A stretch of DNA of 64,000 bases from Microthyrium microscopicum. Taxonomy: Eukaryota. The stretch is from NCBI GenBank assembly GCA_010405405.1, contig MU004233.1, forward strand, positions 2,210,539 through 2,274,538. The letters are read 5' to 3'. The notes under the pieces were generated by a model. That model did no database searches and was not told where the DNA came from. It worked only from the letters and a program-made list of their open reading frames with translations. Below, piece after piece: positions 12,076-25,400 of the stretch (its first letter is position 1; each line of letters starts with the position of its first letter). The translations under genes and the position numbers were made by a program.

Positions 12076-13936
12076 CTATTTGCCATGCCATGACATGAAT
12101 GCTGATAACTTCCGTCTCCACCTTGATTTATTGAGCGCAGTAATATCCTTCGCATCATAAAGATCCTTTTCAAACTCACCATTACTCCAAAACGCATCAG
12201 TTGGTGCTCTTCCTTGGCCGAGGAATCGTTTTACATGTAAGCGGACTTGGTAATTTGATCTTGGTCCTTTGTGGTATGCCTCTATATAGACAAAATATGA
12301 TGTTTTGCACACTTGACAAGTCCGAACTACCGAGGGTGCTTTAAGAGGACATATGTATGGCCGCAGGTTTGACCTTGAGTGACCAACTTGGTGTATGGAG
12401 CTGTAGCTATACTTGCCATTGGCGACTTCAACTGACGTGGTGGTGTGAGGGCAAATAGGCCAATTGAGAAGTCGTACGTGATCTGGACAGGTTAGTAGGT
12501 GCTCTTCTTGAATAGTGAGTTGATAGTTGCTGCAGGAATTGATGTTCTGAAGAAACGCTATTAGATCATGTTGGATCAGAGCAGATTTTCATCAGAAACA
12601 AACGTAAACTCCCCTCGAGTTGTGGAAGTGATAACTTACCCCATAGTGTCCAGACATCAGAACCATCGTCTGGTAGGGAAGAACTTCCGGGATTATCACC
12701 AAGATTGAAAATAAACATGCCGCTGAGGAGGATACCATTGTCCTGGACTATAGTTTGTATCCGGTGGGTCTGGGTAATGCTTTTCCCCTCAAAGTTGAGC
12801 TTACGAGCAACCAAAACAGCTCTACGATCAAAACGAGTTGGCAGCATACTACTATTAGAAGGACCATAAAGTCTGTCCAAAGCATCATTTAGGTCTGTAC
12901 TTGCGAAATTGTCAGGTTGATTGCCAGTGGGTGATGATTGTTTGAAAATGTATTGATAGGATGTCGTTGGCCATTCACAACAGTCCGTATCCCGAACCTG
13001 ATAGCCATTTGCACCCATGAATATGGTATTGCATTGCAAAAGACCAGGACAGATGCCTCCGCGTCCTTTGTTTTTGAAGTTCTCAGTGGCTAGCTGAATA
13101 TATTTGGGTGGGATCTGGAACGATGAGAGCCCGAATTGAAGTCGTGCCGCTGATGCTTGACCTTGTAGACCGATGCCAGAAACAGTGTGCAGTAATTCGC
13201 ACTTTTCGCAAAATCTGATAGTTTGAAAGTTATCCGACTCCAGCCTGTGCAACAGTTTTCTCTTCTCATACTGATTAGTCGGAAATTGAGCCAGGGCTTC
13301 TGTTTTATATCGGGCCCAGAGTCCAGAACAGGACAGCGCAAACGTAACGCGATGGGTAGGTTTTTTGAGGTGCATATAAATCATGTCCAGAAGTTCAGGT
13401 GGCATAGAAAGAATGCTGACGCGTTTGTTTGAGCTTGTGGTACTGGCAGTTTGATGAAACGCCATTTCTTTCGCAAGAAAATGTCGGGATAAACTGTGGT
13501 GGTGAGAGCAAGGCTCCAAAGACCAGAGACAAGGGGGAATGAAGGTATCGGCATCCATGAATGAAGGAGGGCCATGCTGAATTACGTGTTGTTTCCATTG
13601 CTCAGAATGTAACCAGCGACGAGACTGAAATGACTGAGCGAGCGACTCCATGGGGCCTGGCGACAAATTTTGTAGGGGTGGAAACGGCGAGATCGATGAA
13701 ATCGATGAAGCCGATGAGGATGAAGATGAAGAGTCGAGCGTCAGGGGTCCTTGATCTACTCTTACTGTCGGGCTATGCTTCACCCTCATTATTAAGTCAT
13801 AATTAGTAGGTAAAGAGGTCAGATCAAGATTTGATGGCGGCTGAATTGTCTCAATTGTCAGAGCTGCCTTCGCTGCGCCCCACGATCTTTTCCAGGTTGA
13901 CTCCAACTTCGCCTGTTGATGGCTTGATCCACACAA
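12076..13936 (-). CDS. F-box-like protein (paralog B); start codon uncertain
   Basis: ILSMPPELLDMIY motif, FCEKCELLH, ICPGLLQC. An intron 12639-12558 (gtaagt...taatag) joins in frame to the exon ending at 12076 (LNWPICPH...CQVC). Confidence 0.7.
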
Positions 13937-14615
13937 TCTCTCACCATGTGCCTGCTATTGATGGAACATTCGGCGTGCTCATAAGCTACGCTTTACATTC
14001 AAGCGATCTTTGACCTGCTGATACTGGGGCAAATGGCTTCATTTGGTAGAGCAGGATCAGATGTAACGCAGCTTTCGTTCGTAGCAAGCGATAACAAGCA
14101 GCGGATTACCGTGGCTGAGAGCACAACAAAAAGAATGCCAATCGTTCGGTCCTAACGTTTTCCTGGTCATGATCCTTCATAGACAGAATAACCAGAAGAC
14201 TGAGGTATCTCGGTGTTCAGGCGGCTACTCTACCGTTGATGGACTGTTGGTCCCGTGTCACGATGCCTGGTCGTATTCTCAGCAATGGCTTCACCATTGC
14301 CAATTCCTGCAATCTTGCTGAGTGCATTCTTAGTACAACATGAACAAGTCGCAGTAAAGTTTGGCATGTGATTAAAAAATATATCGGTTGTTGGCCGATA
14401 TCAAGGGCTCCCTCAAACTTCAACCGTCCATGATTTCGTGCTAGAGCTCAACTCAACCTCGGCTTCAAACAACACCAAATCCAGCATCTATCTCACTATC
14501 TCAACCCTCACCAAACACCTTACGACCCGCCCAAAACACAAACCAGTCCTCTCATACTACACCTCTCCATACCCCTCCTCGGTCCCTTCAACGCGCCCAC
14601 CAAAATACAACCCCA

Positions 14616-15264
14616 ATGGCCTCCCTCAAACCCCCAAACCGCAGATTCCCACTCGTCAAACACGATCCCGAAACCAGCTCCGCCGACAGTCGCGAAGACG
14701 ACGTCCCCTCCGAACCCCTCCAGCGCATAACATTCATGTGGCAATGGATAACTGAGCGCGAACCCGTCGTACGAACCCACTCCCTTCCCTTCCCAGTAAA
14801 CGCGCTAACAATTGAGGTAGTACTTCGACTCTGTATTGCGCGATCATCTGGTTCCCGTATCCGCCGCCCTTAATCCTACGGACCGAAATCGTGCGACGTC
14901 TACATTTTTACTCAAAGTGCCGCGGTCGCTGTGTAATGGCGGAGGTAATCTTCATGGAGGTGCGGTAGCGCTCATATTTGATTTGCTCACCAGCTTAACG
15001 GTGGGCGTATGCGCGCGCGAAGGCTTTTGGGATTCAGGGCATGTTAGCCGGAATCTGAACTGCACATATATTCGACCGGCGCCCGAGGGTTCGGAGGTGC
15101 TGGTGGAGAGCGACGTGATACATCTGGGAAAGACAATGTGCGTTTTGAGCGGGGTGATGCGAATGAAGGATACTGGCAAGATCTGCTATGTATGCGAACA
15201 TGGCAAAGTAAAAGTCGACGGTTACAAGTTACCAGAGAATGATAAGGAAGCCAGTAAACTATGA
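14616..15264 (+). CDS. PaaI/ACOT13-type hotdog-fold acyl-CoA thioesterase, C-terminal SKL (probable peroxisomal)
   Basis: NGGGNLHGGAVALIFD, GHVSRNLNCTYIRPAP; intron 14769-14820; ends ASKL*. Confidence 0.88.
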
Positions 15265-15413
15265 GACGACGGCGAAATTGGTGCATAGAGGATTGAATGG
15301 GTATAGACGGTTTCCATACATATGTATAAATACCGGGTAAATAGATGGCATGAAGCATATGGCATATTATGAATTATGTAGACTACAACAATAGAGATGC
15401 GCTAGCAGAGATA

Positions 15414-17394
15414 CTATTCATCTTCGTGGTGAGCTCCAGCGAAGGCGGGCTCACCTTCTGTTGAGTCTTCCAAGCCATTGTCTGCTTCCTCGTGGGGTGG
15501 TTGCACAGCGGGTGCCGCGGGCATAGATTTTCCGAGTGGCGTGTCTTCGTCGTGATCGACTTCTTCTTCGGCGTCTAGGCGCATGAGATATGTTTCCCAG
15601 ATTTCGATAAGCTGTGAGATAAGTTAGCATGTCTCATTGAAGAGATTGGAGGATAATGTACCTCTTTTTGAGCTTCGACTGCACCTTCGAGGTACGTCTC
15701 AACACTTGATTTGAACTCTTCAACCTTCTCCATTTCGAATCGATTGACTTCCTGACGTAGGATACGACCTAGATCGTCCCAAAGAAGTCTCGCTTGGTGA
15801 GCTCTCTTCTCTGCATCGGCGACTTCGGCTTCTAGCTGAACTAGACGATCTTGTTGACTTTTGCCTTGCCTCAAAAGTTTGTCTTGAGTGCCCTTCTTTT
15901 TGTTGAGAGTATTCTCGGCTTCTTGATAGGCTGTGTAGCTCTTCTCCCGCATACTAAAAGCTTGTTTACAGCTACCAATCATCCGAATGTACTCATCAAT
16001 AACAATTCCAAGCGTTAGGATATCTTGCTGTGCTTGACGATCGTAGAGATCGCGAATGCGCATCTGGACTTCTGAGAGACCTTCAAGTGGGCCGGACATG
16101 GCAGGTGATAGCTCTACGGACGCGAGAGAGTGCAGTGAGATTGAAAAGTCGCTGCAGGCGTCGGCTAGAGTTCTACGTTGCTGAACGACTGTGTCAACGG
16201 CTTTTTCAAGAGCTTTGAGTTGATTCTCAAGAGCGTCGAGATAGATGCGTCGCTCATGGAACCACTATTTAAGGTTAGTAAACATCGTGATGATTCCGTG
16301 CAAGTTCTTACATCGTCATGCTCGACATATTTCGTCCCACTAGATCCAATTCCCAATCCGCTGAACATGCCTTTGGACTCGCTGACTAGTGGTTCTTTGC
16401 GTTCTTTTTGACGAATATCAATAGCAAACGATTCACTCTCCAAGAACAGCTTGAGGTCGCTATCCCGTTGCAGAATAGGATGAGCGGCGGTTTTATTCAA
16501 CATTCGTTCCAATGCTTGTCGTCTCGACTCCACGAAATCTTGATTGAATCGTCCAACCGCTTGCTTCTCTGGAGGAGGAGGAACTATAATGCCAGGATTG
16601 TTGGTGTGCATCTGATTGTAAAGCCAAAGAAAATCTCGAAATCTCCTACTAACAGTGAACTCTCCCGTTCGATAGGCCTTTGATGTAGTCTTGGTATAAA
16701 CTTGATACTCCGTATGCGCGCTAGTGATGTCTCCAACTTTGTGCGGATCTCCAACGGTAATATGGAATGTTGGCTTCGAAGCCTCGACGACATTAACGCT
16801 GGGCTGTCGCGGTGGTCCACCGGCTGCAGAAGGCTGTACTGGAGGAGGAGATCGTGCACCTGAAGGACCAGATTCTTCATCGTGGTCTTCTAGGTTGACT
16901 GATCCCATCAATGTCCTCAATGACGCATTCGAAGAAGTATTGGGTCGCGGGGCTTGGGGTTGAAGGGTTTGGCCCTGAGGAGGAGGCGAGGTGACAGATT
17001 CGGTCTCAGTACTGGATGTTGTTGGAAAGTTACTGTCACCCAGAGGCCCCAATGGACCCAGCGCATCGTCTGCGGATTCGACTTTGGTGGTATGAACGAC
17101 CATGCGTTTGTGATTTCGAGGACCACGGCCTCGACTTGCGGTTCCTACATTTCGCGGCGCTGCGGTGGATGATGTAGGAGCTGTAGTAGGCGCATTGTTA
17201 TCTAATTCTGTTAGCTTTACGAGCTATAGAATCCCAAGCTTGCATACCAGATTGAGTGTTGTTGTTCGAGGACTCGGGAACAGTCTCGGCGCCTTGGGAT
17301 GGAACATCTGATAGGAGTAAGCTTTAATTGGGAGAACAGTTGTTGGAAGTTACTTGCCGTCCCAAGGCGACGCACTATCATGGTCAAAATCCAT
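15414..17394 (-). CDS. VPS5: Sorting nexin Vps5/SNX1 (PX + BAR domains), retromer subunit
   Basis: ITVGDPHKVGD, VSRRFRDFLWLY, PPPPEKQAVGRF, ESRR, BAR region ending LIEIWETYLMRLD. Multi-exon; the first intron is GC-AG. Confidence 0.93.
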
Positions 17395-17989
17395 AGCTTG
17401 GAGCTTTATGTACTAGAGATCATCTTCGTCATGAAGCTCCCAGCAATTCAGTCAACAGGATGCGATGTGGGCGCAATCAGGCAAGAACAGCAATTCTGAG
17501 GCATCACTTGCTTGCCTCACTGCAGATCAACGCTAACCGCTTACATAGTAGCGCCTTTCCTGCAACTACCATCCAACCTCCAGGATTTAGGAGAGAAGAG
17601 TGTAATCTTGAACCGCAAAGCTTATATACAGTTCGAGGCCAGAAGACGGAGAAAACGTTCATGCAATTACGAGCTATTGGCAATCAAAGAACGACTTCCA
17701 TACTCCTGCAGGTACGTCTTCAGATACGTCGAATCTAGCCATGTCCAGCAATTGCTCAACTAGTAAGCTTGGTCAAGTTCCGATCATTTGTATGGATCAA
17801 TGATAGCTCGCAACTTGGATATATCAGGACTGTATTTATAATAGGAACCCCTTGATACCAAAAGCATATTATTGTAGGATGTGCCGAAAGCTTTCTGCGA
17901 TCCTCGGCGCGTCAGAAGAGCCAGATTGTACGGAGCAGTGCTTTTGATGTGGGTGCTGCGACAGCTTGAGGTGTTCACGTACGTCGCTA

Positions 17990-18158
17990 TTATATTCCCT
18001 CATTCTGCTTGGCCATTTCATTCCCGAAATCTACCATGTTGTCCCAAGTAATGAAGTCCAGCACATCCTGCCTCGTCAGCGGAATATCGTCGTCGCCAGT
18101 GTTCGCCACAGGCATTAGCAAACATCGGTCCGAGCTTCCATCAGGCAAAGTAACACAT
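17990..18158 (-). pseudogene. Detached 3' end of the deaminase-MYND gene, separated by the retrotransposon block
   Basis: Removing 18159-35764 joins ...DDVRLMC to YFA*WKLGPMFANA. A second frame gives LTRQDVLDFITWDNMVDFGNEMAKQNEGI*. In-frame TGA at 18141-18143 and an apparent frameshift. Confidence 0.75.
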
Positions 18159-18310
18159 TGTTGTAAGAATATGAGAAATAAAGCGTGGTTGATTACTATG
18201 GGAGTCTAAGGGCCTAATATAGTTTTTAGGACACGCTAATTAGAGGATTATATTATCTCTAATTAGGTCCTATAATTATTTAATTTCTTAGTATATTCTT
18301 TATTATAATA
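18159..18310 (-). repeat. LTR of outer Gypsy (3' LTR in element orientation)
   Basis: Direct repeat of 35608-35759; the differences I could see are C>T/G>A transitions. Confidence 0.92.
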
Positions 18311-21300
18311 TCTTCCCTTACTAGTATAAATTCTCTTAAGATTATAAATCCTATAGTTATAGCTTTAATAAATAAGTAAAATAAAAAGAATATTATAATA
18401 ACTAATAAGGAACCTTTATTTAGGACTTAAGACTATTACCCTAGCTATATTATAAAATAATTTCTAAGAAGTTATCTTTTTAAGATTTTTCTTAAGATTT
18501 AGGTTAAATTATTATAAATAGCATTTAGGTATTTATAGTTCCTAATTTTTTTAGAAAGGTCTATTTATATAAGAGCTATTAGTAGTAATAAATTAAAAAA
18601 TTATAAGAAGTTTATATAAGTATACTAAAGCTACTTAATTTAATAAAAGATATATATAACTTATATTTTAAAGCTTTAAAAAGTAAAGTTTATAAAAAGT
18701 AATATATAAGTAGTAATAAAGAACTAAGTAGTAATTACTAATCTAAGTAAATATAAAATAAGAGCCTAATCTTATATTTATAAAGCTTTATAATTTATTA
18801 TCTTCTCTTCTTTTTCTTTATTATATTTTTATAATATTTTAAGCTAGTAAAAGTAGATTTTCTCTTATACTTTTAATATTATTAAGTATAAGTAGTTCTA
18901 TATATTCTTCTTCTTTAATTCTTAATTCTTTTTAAGCTTTTAATTATAAGAGCTCTTTAAGATAGTTTTTTATACTAAGCTAACTATATTATCTTTAAAG
19001 ATATTTAAAAAATATAGTACTTACTTTTAAGTTTCTTAAGCTTAGTATAATTAAGCTAAATCTTTATAGTAAACTCTAAGTCCTACTATTTATTTTTTAA
19101 GTTTAGTTACTTAACTTTATTCTAAGGAATATTTATAATTATTTATAAATATACTTAAGTATCTATCTTCTTTAGCTAAGGCTTATAGTTAATAAGGTAG
19201 TATATTAAGATTCTTAAGTATAAAGAATAATAATAACTACTTTCTACCTCTTCTAGCTAGATTTAGTTATTAATAGAGTATTAGCTATTTAAATCTTTCT
19301 CTTAAAGAGGCTTACTAATAGTCTTCTATAGGCTACTATAATATTAATTCTAAGATAAAATAATCTTATAAATAAATACCTATGTTTAGACTATATCCTT
19401 TAGTTTTAGAGAGTAAGTTCTTTTACTAGTAAAAGTTAACTTATAAATAAGCTACTTAAGAGACACTTAAATAAAAAATAGGTTTTACTAAGAAGAATAC
19501 TCTAACATAAGTAATACTTTAATAACTTTAAAAAATAAGTCTTTTAGATTAAAATAAGATTAAGCTATTTATAATATTTAGTACTTATATTACTAATACC
19601 TTTAGTTTAGATTATAACTTCTTAAATATTATACTACTTAACTTAATATAAGTATATATAGAATAAGATATAATATATTTCTAAGTTTAAGTAATAAAAG
19701 ATACGCTTTAGTATATTTAAAATAGCTTAGTATACTTTAAAATAACTTTATATTAAGTTATTAACTAAAAGTATAGCTAAAGCTACTACTATTATATAAT
19801 ATTTAAGCTAGAGTAAACTTATAGTATTCTTTAAGTATATAAGTATATAATTAGTAAGATTAGCTTCTTAACTATTCTTAAGAATAAACTAGAGTATATT
19901 AAGTTATTAAGTAAGAAGAAAGTAAAGACGCTATTATATTAGCTTATAAAAAAGTAAAGTAGTATATATAAAACCTTACCTAAGCTTTAAATTAAGATAG
20001 AGCCTAGTTTAAGTTATTATTTAGCTTTCTTAAAAAAGCTTAATAAGTAGACTTATAAGTATTTACTTAATAATATAGCTTATATTATAGTAAGTAGTTA
20101 ATTAATCTATTTAAACTACTAGCTATAGATATATAAGAAAAAGACTTAGAATAAGCTTATCTAGGTTCTATAAGATCTTTAGAATTAGGAAGTTAAAATT
20201 CCTTAAGAGATTTTAGTATTACTTAAGTATTATATTAAGTATAGTTTTACTTAGACTAAGCTAGCTACTATAGTAATAATTAATTTATTATCTAGTAATA
20301 ATAAGCTATAAGTAGCTATAGCTTATATTTAAGATTACTAACCTAACTAGCGTTATAAGAAATATAAATACTACTATATACTTAAGTTCTTAGATAAAGA
20401 AGTTATTACTTAGCATAATTATATAGTCTTTTAAGATATAAAGAGTAATTTTATATTTAATAAGGCTTATATAAATTATGTCCTAAATAGTAAATAAAAT
20501 TACTTATTTATAATAAAGAAAATAAGTATAAGTATTATATAATTAATATAGGTAGTTACTAAACTATTTATTATTTCTATTTATAGCTTTATTAGTAGCT
20601 TATTATCTATATTATCTTTAAGTTATTTAGAAGCTTTACTAACTATATTTAGTTCTAGTAGAGAAAAAATATATTAGCTTACTTATATAGAGAAAGAAAT
20701 AGGACTAGATTCTTAAAGTTAGTTATTTTTTAAAGAATAAAGAAAAGTAGTATTAGGCTTATATTACTTTAAAACTAGAAAGTAGTAAGTTAGCTTAGGA
20801 ATTTAGATTATTTAGGTTTCTTATTTCTTACTATTAAATATTTTATAAGAAGGCTTTTAGTAATAATCTTAGAGATTATTAAGAAGATTTAAAAATAGCT
20901 TATTATATTTAAATAACTTTAGTAATAATCTTAAGGATTACTAGAGAGATTTAAAGGTTTAATTTTAGTTATTATTATTTATAATAATTTACTTAAATTA
21001 ATAATAAATAAAAGTAATTTTTTATAAATAATTTCCTTAAATAAATATAATTAAAAAAGGTTATAAAAGAAATAATAAAAAGTTAATTTTTCTTTTCTTT
21101 TTTATAGATATCTTACCTATATCTATATATAGAATAATTTCTTATCTAAGAGTAGCCTTTTATTATCTCTATCCTAATCTTAAATATTATAAGCTAATAC
21201 TAAGACGTATAAAACTATTAAGTATTATAATTAGCCTAAATATATTAGTATTCTATAAGAATCCTTTAGTTATATTTATCTTTTATAGTAAACTAAGTTT

Positions 21301-22223
21301 AAGATAATTTATAGAAAGAATCTCTACTTTTATAGTATCTAGTAATAAAAAGTTAATACCTTAATAGTTTTCTTTAAGATTAGATACTTATTTATATAGA
21401 TTTATTACTTCTAGTATAGGTATATAAGTAATTAGGGTAGTAATCTTATTATAGCTCTTTAGCTTTAATAATTTATTTCTCTACTTTTATTATTTTAATA
21501 ATATAAAGATTAATTCTTAATCCACTATAGCTAAAAGGATTTCTTCTCTTACTAAGCTTTAATTTAAAAGAATAAAAATATTATTATTCTTCTTTTTTAC
21601 TAAATCTTATAGTACTATAGAATATTCTATTTCTTATATAATTTACTTTATCTATTCTAAATTATTTTATACTAAAGCTAAAATTAAGTTAAAAGAAATA
21701 TATTTTAACGCTATAAAAGTTTTTAAGTTACTATTTAGGTTATAAATAGTTATTATAGAATATTTCTTTTTTTATTTATAAATATCTACTTTAACTTTTT
21801 AAACTTTTCTTATAAGGTTAAGAAAAATAATAAATAGACTTAAGTAATATTTTCTAGTACTAAATCTCTTAATATTAATTAACTTTACTAAAAAGTTTTT
21901 TAATCTATTAAGCTAGTCTTTCTTAGTTATAATAGATATATCTATCTTACTTTTATATTTTTTATTTAGAATACTTTTAAGATTATTCTTACTTAGTTAT
22001 TTATATTTAAAATATAGCTAGTTCTAGTAATAGTATTTTTTTTTTTTTATATATATATTTATATAAAGTAATTCTTATAGATAAGATTTCTAAGTACTTT
22101 TTTATTAAGTATCTTAAAAGTATATATTCCTAAGAAATAAGCCTTTAAGACTTTATAAAGACTAAACTATACTATTTAGAACTTAGTTTTATTTAAGTTT
22201 TTAAAGAGTATATAAGAACTTAT

Positions 22224-22450
22224 TGTAATGATTCCTCTTTATAGGCTTCATAGTAGTATTATAAGAGAGATCTTATTACAAGATTACGCGCTAGACCTAA
22301 GGGGGTTAACGCGCCTAAGGATTTACTAAGTAGACTTACTTCCCTCGTAAATTTATAGCTCTTCTAGATCTTCTTCTCTCTCTCTTTTGTTTATAGATTC
22401 TAAAATATAATCTAATTATTTACTCGCTCTAAGTTCTATAGCTCGTTATA
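22224..22450 (+). repeat. 5' LTR of inner Gypsy
   Basis: Begins tgtaatg; aligns with 29655-29881. Confidence 0.92.
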
Positions 22451-25400
22451 TAATCTATAAACTATTTAACTACTTGCGTATTTATATTACGTATCTTAGA
22501 ATTTACTTCTAAAGAAGCGCCTATATAGATTAATATCCTATACGCGTAGTCTTAGACCTTATTAAAAATTCTTTATAGATTTACTAAATCTGTTAGCTCT
22601 ACTAACCCTTTATTTAATTAAAGCGTTAGGATTTCCTAATATTCTTTAACCTATTAATAGTCTAAGCATTAATTGCCCCTTATCCTTAGTTCTATAGAAT
22701 ACTAAAGTTTATCTTTTGTACTATTACTAAATATTTATAATTATACTTAATATACTTACTATTAAAACGTACTAAATAAATAAGCGTTCCCTCTTAATAC
22801 CCTTCTTTATTATTTATAACTATAGCTAATAAGGCTCTTAACTAATAGACCTAAGTTAATAGCTATATAGCCTACTTGCCGTCCCTAATTACTTATACTT
22901 AGCTTAATAATTAGCGCCTATCTCTATCTTCTATATACTTATATTACCTATCTCTATCGCGTCGCTCTTCTGCTATATATACTAAGTATTAAAGTAGACT
23001 TAATACTTAGGATATAGTATAACTAGATACTACCTAGAAAATAGTAGATTTAGTAGAGAGTATCTTAAAACTATTAAAACTACTAGAACTAGACTTAAGA
23101 GCGTTATTAAAAGATAAAGATAAGTTAGAAGATAATTATCTATTAGAATAAGGCTATAAAAACAAAAAGACTAAAGCGTTAAAAGACGTTTCTTAAAATA
23201 CTAGTTAAATAACTTTACTAAACTAAATAAATATAGAAGATAACTAGTTACTAGCTCCTTTCTAACTTAATAATAATATTAGACTTTCTTTTAAAATATA
23301 TAAATAGCTAATAGAACTATGCTAGTAAGCTAAAGGCTTTAGAGTACTACTTATATTAATATCTTACTACCCTATAGTAGTAGACTTTAATTAACTAGTT
23401 ACTCTAACTATTAATAAGAACCCTCTAATCTTCTAAGCTACTTAAGTATAAAAGATACTTAGTAAAGAAAGTAATAAGCTAAAAAATATAAAAGTATACC
23501 TTTATTATAAAGAAAAGTAATTAGACCTTTACTACTACTCTTATTACCTAATTAAATTAGGTATAGACTTAGAACGTTTATTAAAAAGAGAAATTATACT
23601 AGACGACTTAGTTATATAGCTCTATGCCTTATTATTAGCTTCTTAAACTATAGCCTACCTCTTTAAAATTAAGTAAAATATAAATACTTATAATATAGAC
23701 TTAATCTATACTCTCTAAGAAAAAGCTTTAAAAACTTAGGGAGAGATATAGGACTTAGCTAAAACTAATAATAAATATATAAAATAGATTACTTACCTTA
23801 AAGCATAGATTTAAGATAATACTATTACCCTTAAGGAAGTAGTAACTATTCGCTAAAAAGTATAAAAGCTATAATATAATAATAATTTACTTAAGGAAGT
23901 ATTTACTACTTATATTAATAAGATTAGTAAATATTATAAGGCTTTATAGAAGAAGGTAGATAAAGCTACTATTCTTTAAGCCTAGATTAATACCCTCTAA
24001 AAGAAACCCTTAGCTACTAAGGTAACTAATCCCTATCTTAATTATAATAAGTTAGTAGATAATAATCTATTCTACTAAATCTCCTTAGCTTAGGATATAG
24101 ACTAACCTAACTTAAATATACTTTTAGGGGTACTAGACTTACGTTAAACTACTTTCTTCTTTAATCTTAACTTAATTAGTAGCGCCTCTCTCCTTAAAGT
24201 ATAGAGTAATAAACCTTTACTTTTCTTAAGAAAGAATAAGCAGAAGTACTATGCTTAGAAAGATAAAGTATTAGACTACCTTAATAATAATATATAAGTC
24301 TATCTTATAGAAGCCTCTAAGATCTAAGTTGTCTAAGAAGTAATAAAGAATTAGACGTTTAGTATTATTAATAAGTAAAGTAACTATAAGTTAACTAACC
24401 TATATTTATCTATAGTAGAGATATAGTCTAATCTAGACTATAAGTATAATATTAAAGATAGCTATATTACTATTAAGACTTAGCTTAAAAGTTAAGAAGC
24501 TATAATAAAGCTTATTAAGAAGCTTAAATAATTTCTAACTTACTTCTTAGAGAACTTATAAGAAGCTAAGCTTAGTAATTAAGATAAGATTATTAAAATA
24601 CGTCCTCTTCTACTCCTAAGATTTATAGAGAAAGTACTCTTCGTAGAATTAAAAATATTTATAGATTTTCTTAAGAGTCTATATACTATTGCTTATTATA
24701 TTAAATACGTTCCTTTTGCTAATCTATAAAGCTATAATAATAATAATCGTCTAGCAGCTAAGGGTAGTAGATAAAAACCTAAGTTTAATCGCCCTTTAGA
24801 TATCTATAATGCCCTAAAGGTAGATAATTATTATATAAAGTATAAAGAGAAAGGCTATAGCTATTAGTATAACTTAGTACTATGTAAAGATAGAGATGCT
24901 TTATTAAACACTAAAATCTAACTAAAGGTCGTAGCTATTATTATAGAATTTATTATTATCTACGATTAAATCGCTACTTAATCTCTTTAGTCCCTAACCG
25001 TAGAAAATAATTATAATAAGTATAATTATAGTAATAAGGTAGAAAACTAAAAGCTTCTTTGTAGAGACGTGCGAAGAAGCTAAATAAACAAAAAGCGTAT
25101 AATTAGTAATAGAAGAAAGATAAACCTAACTCTAAGCTAGTTCTTATAGAAGAATAAATCTAATATAAGGTTAATAAGACTATCTAGCGCCTAGAAGTTA
25201 ACCTCTAATAAGTATTATCTCTAAAGCCTATTATATTTAATAATATTAAGTTAGCTATTATTAAGATATTCCTTGCCTTTATAGTATATAATTTTTGCCT
25301 TTAAGAAGTAGCTACTATACCTATAGTAAGCAATTAATAGACTACTTATAGTACTATATTCTTTCTAAAGTAAGGCTACTACTTAAAAATTAATATCTTT

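Noticed and set aside
17460..17978. Short ORFs upstream of VPS5
   Set aside because: No motifs or consistent splice model; probably intergenic.
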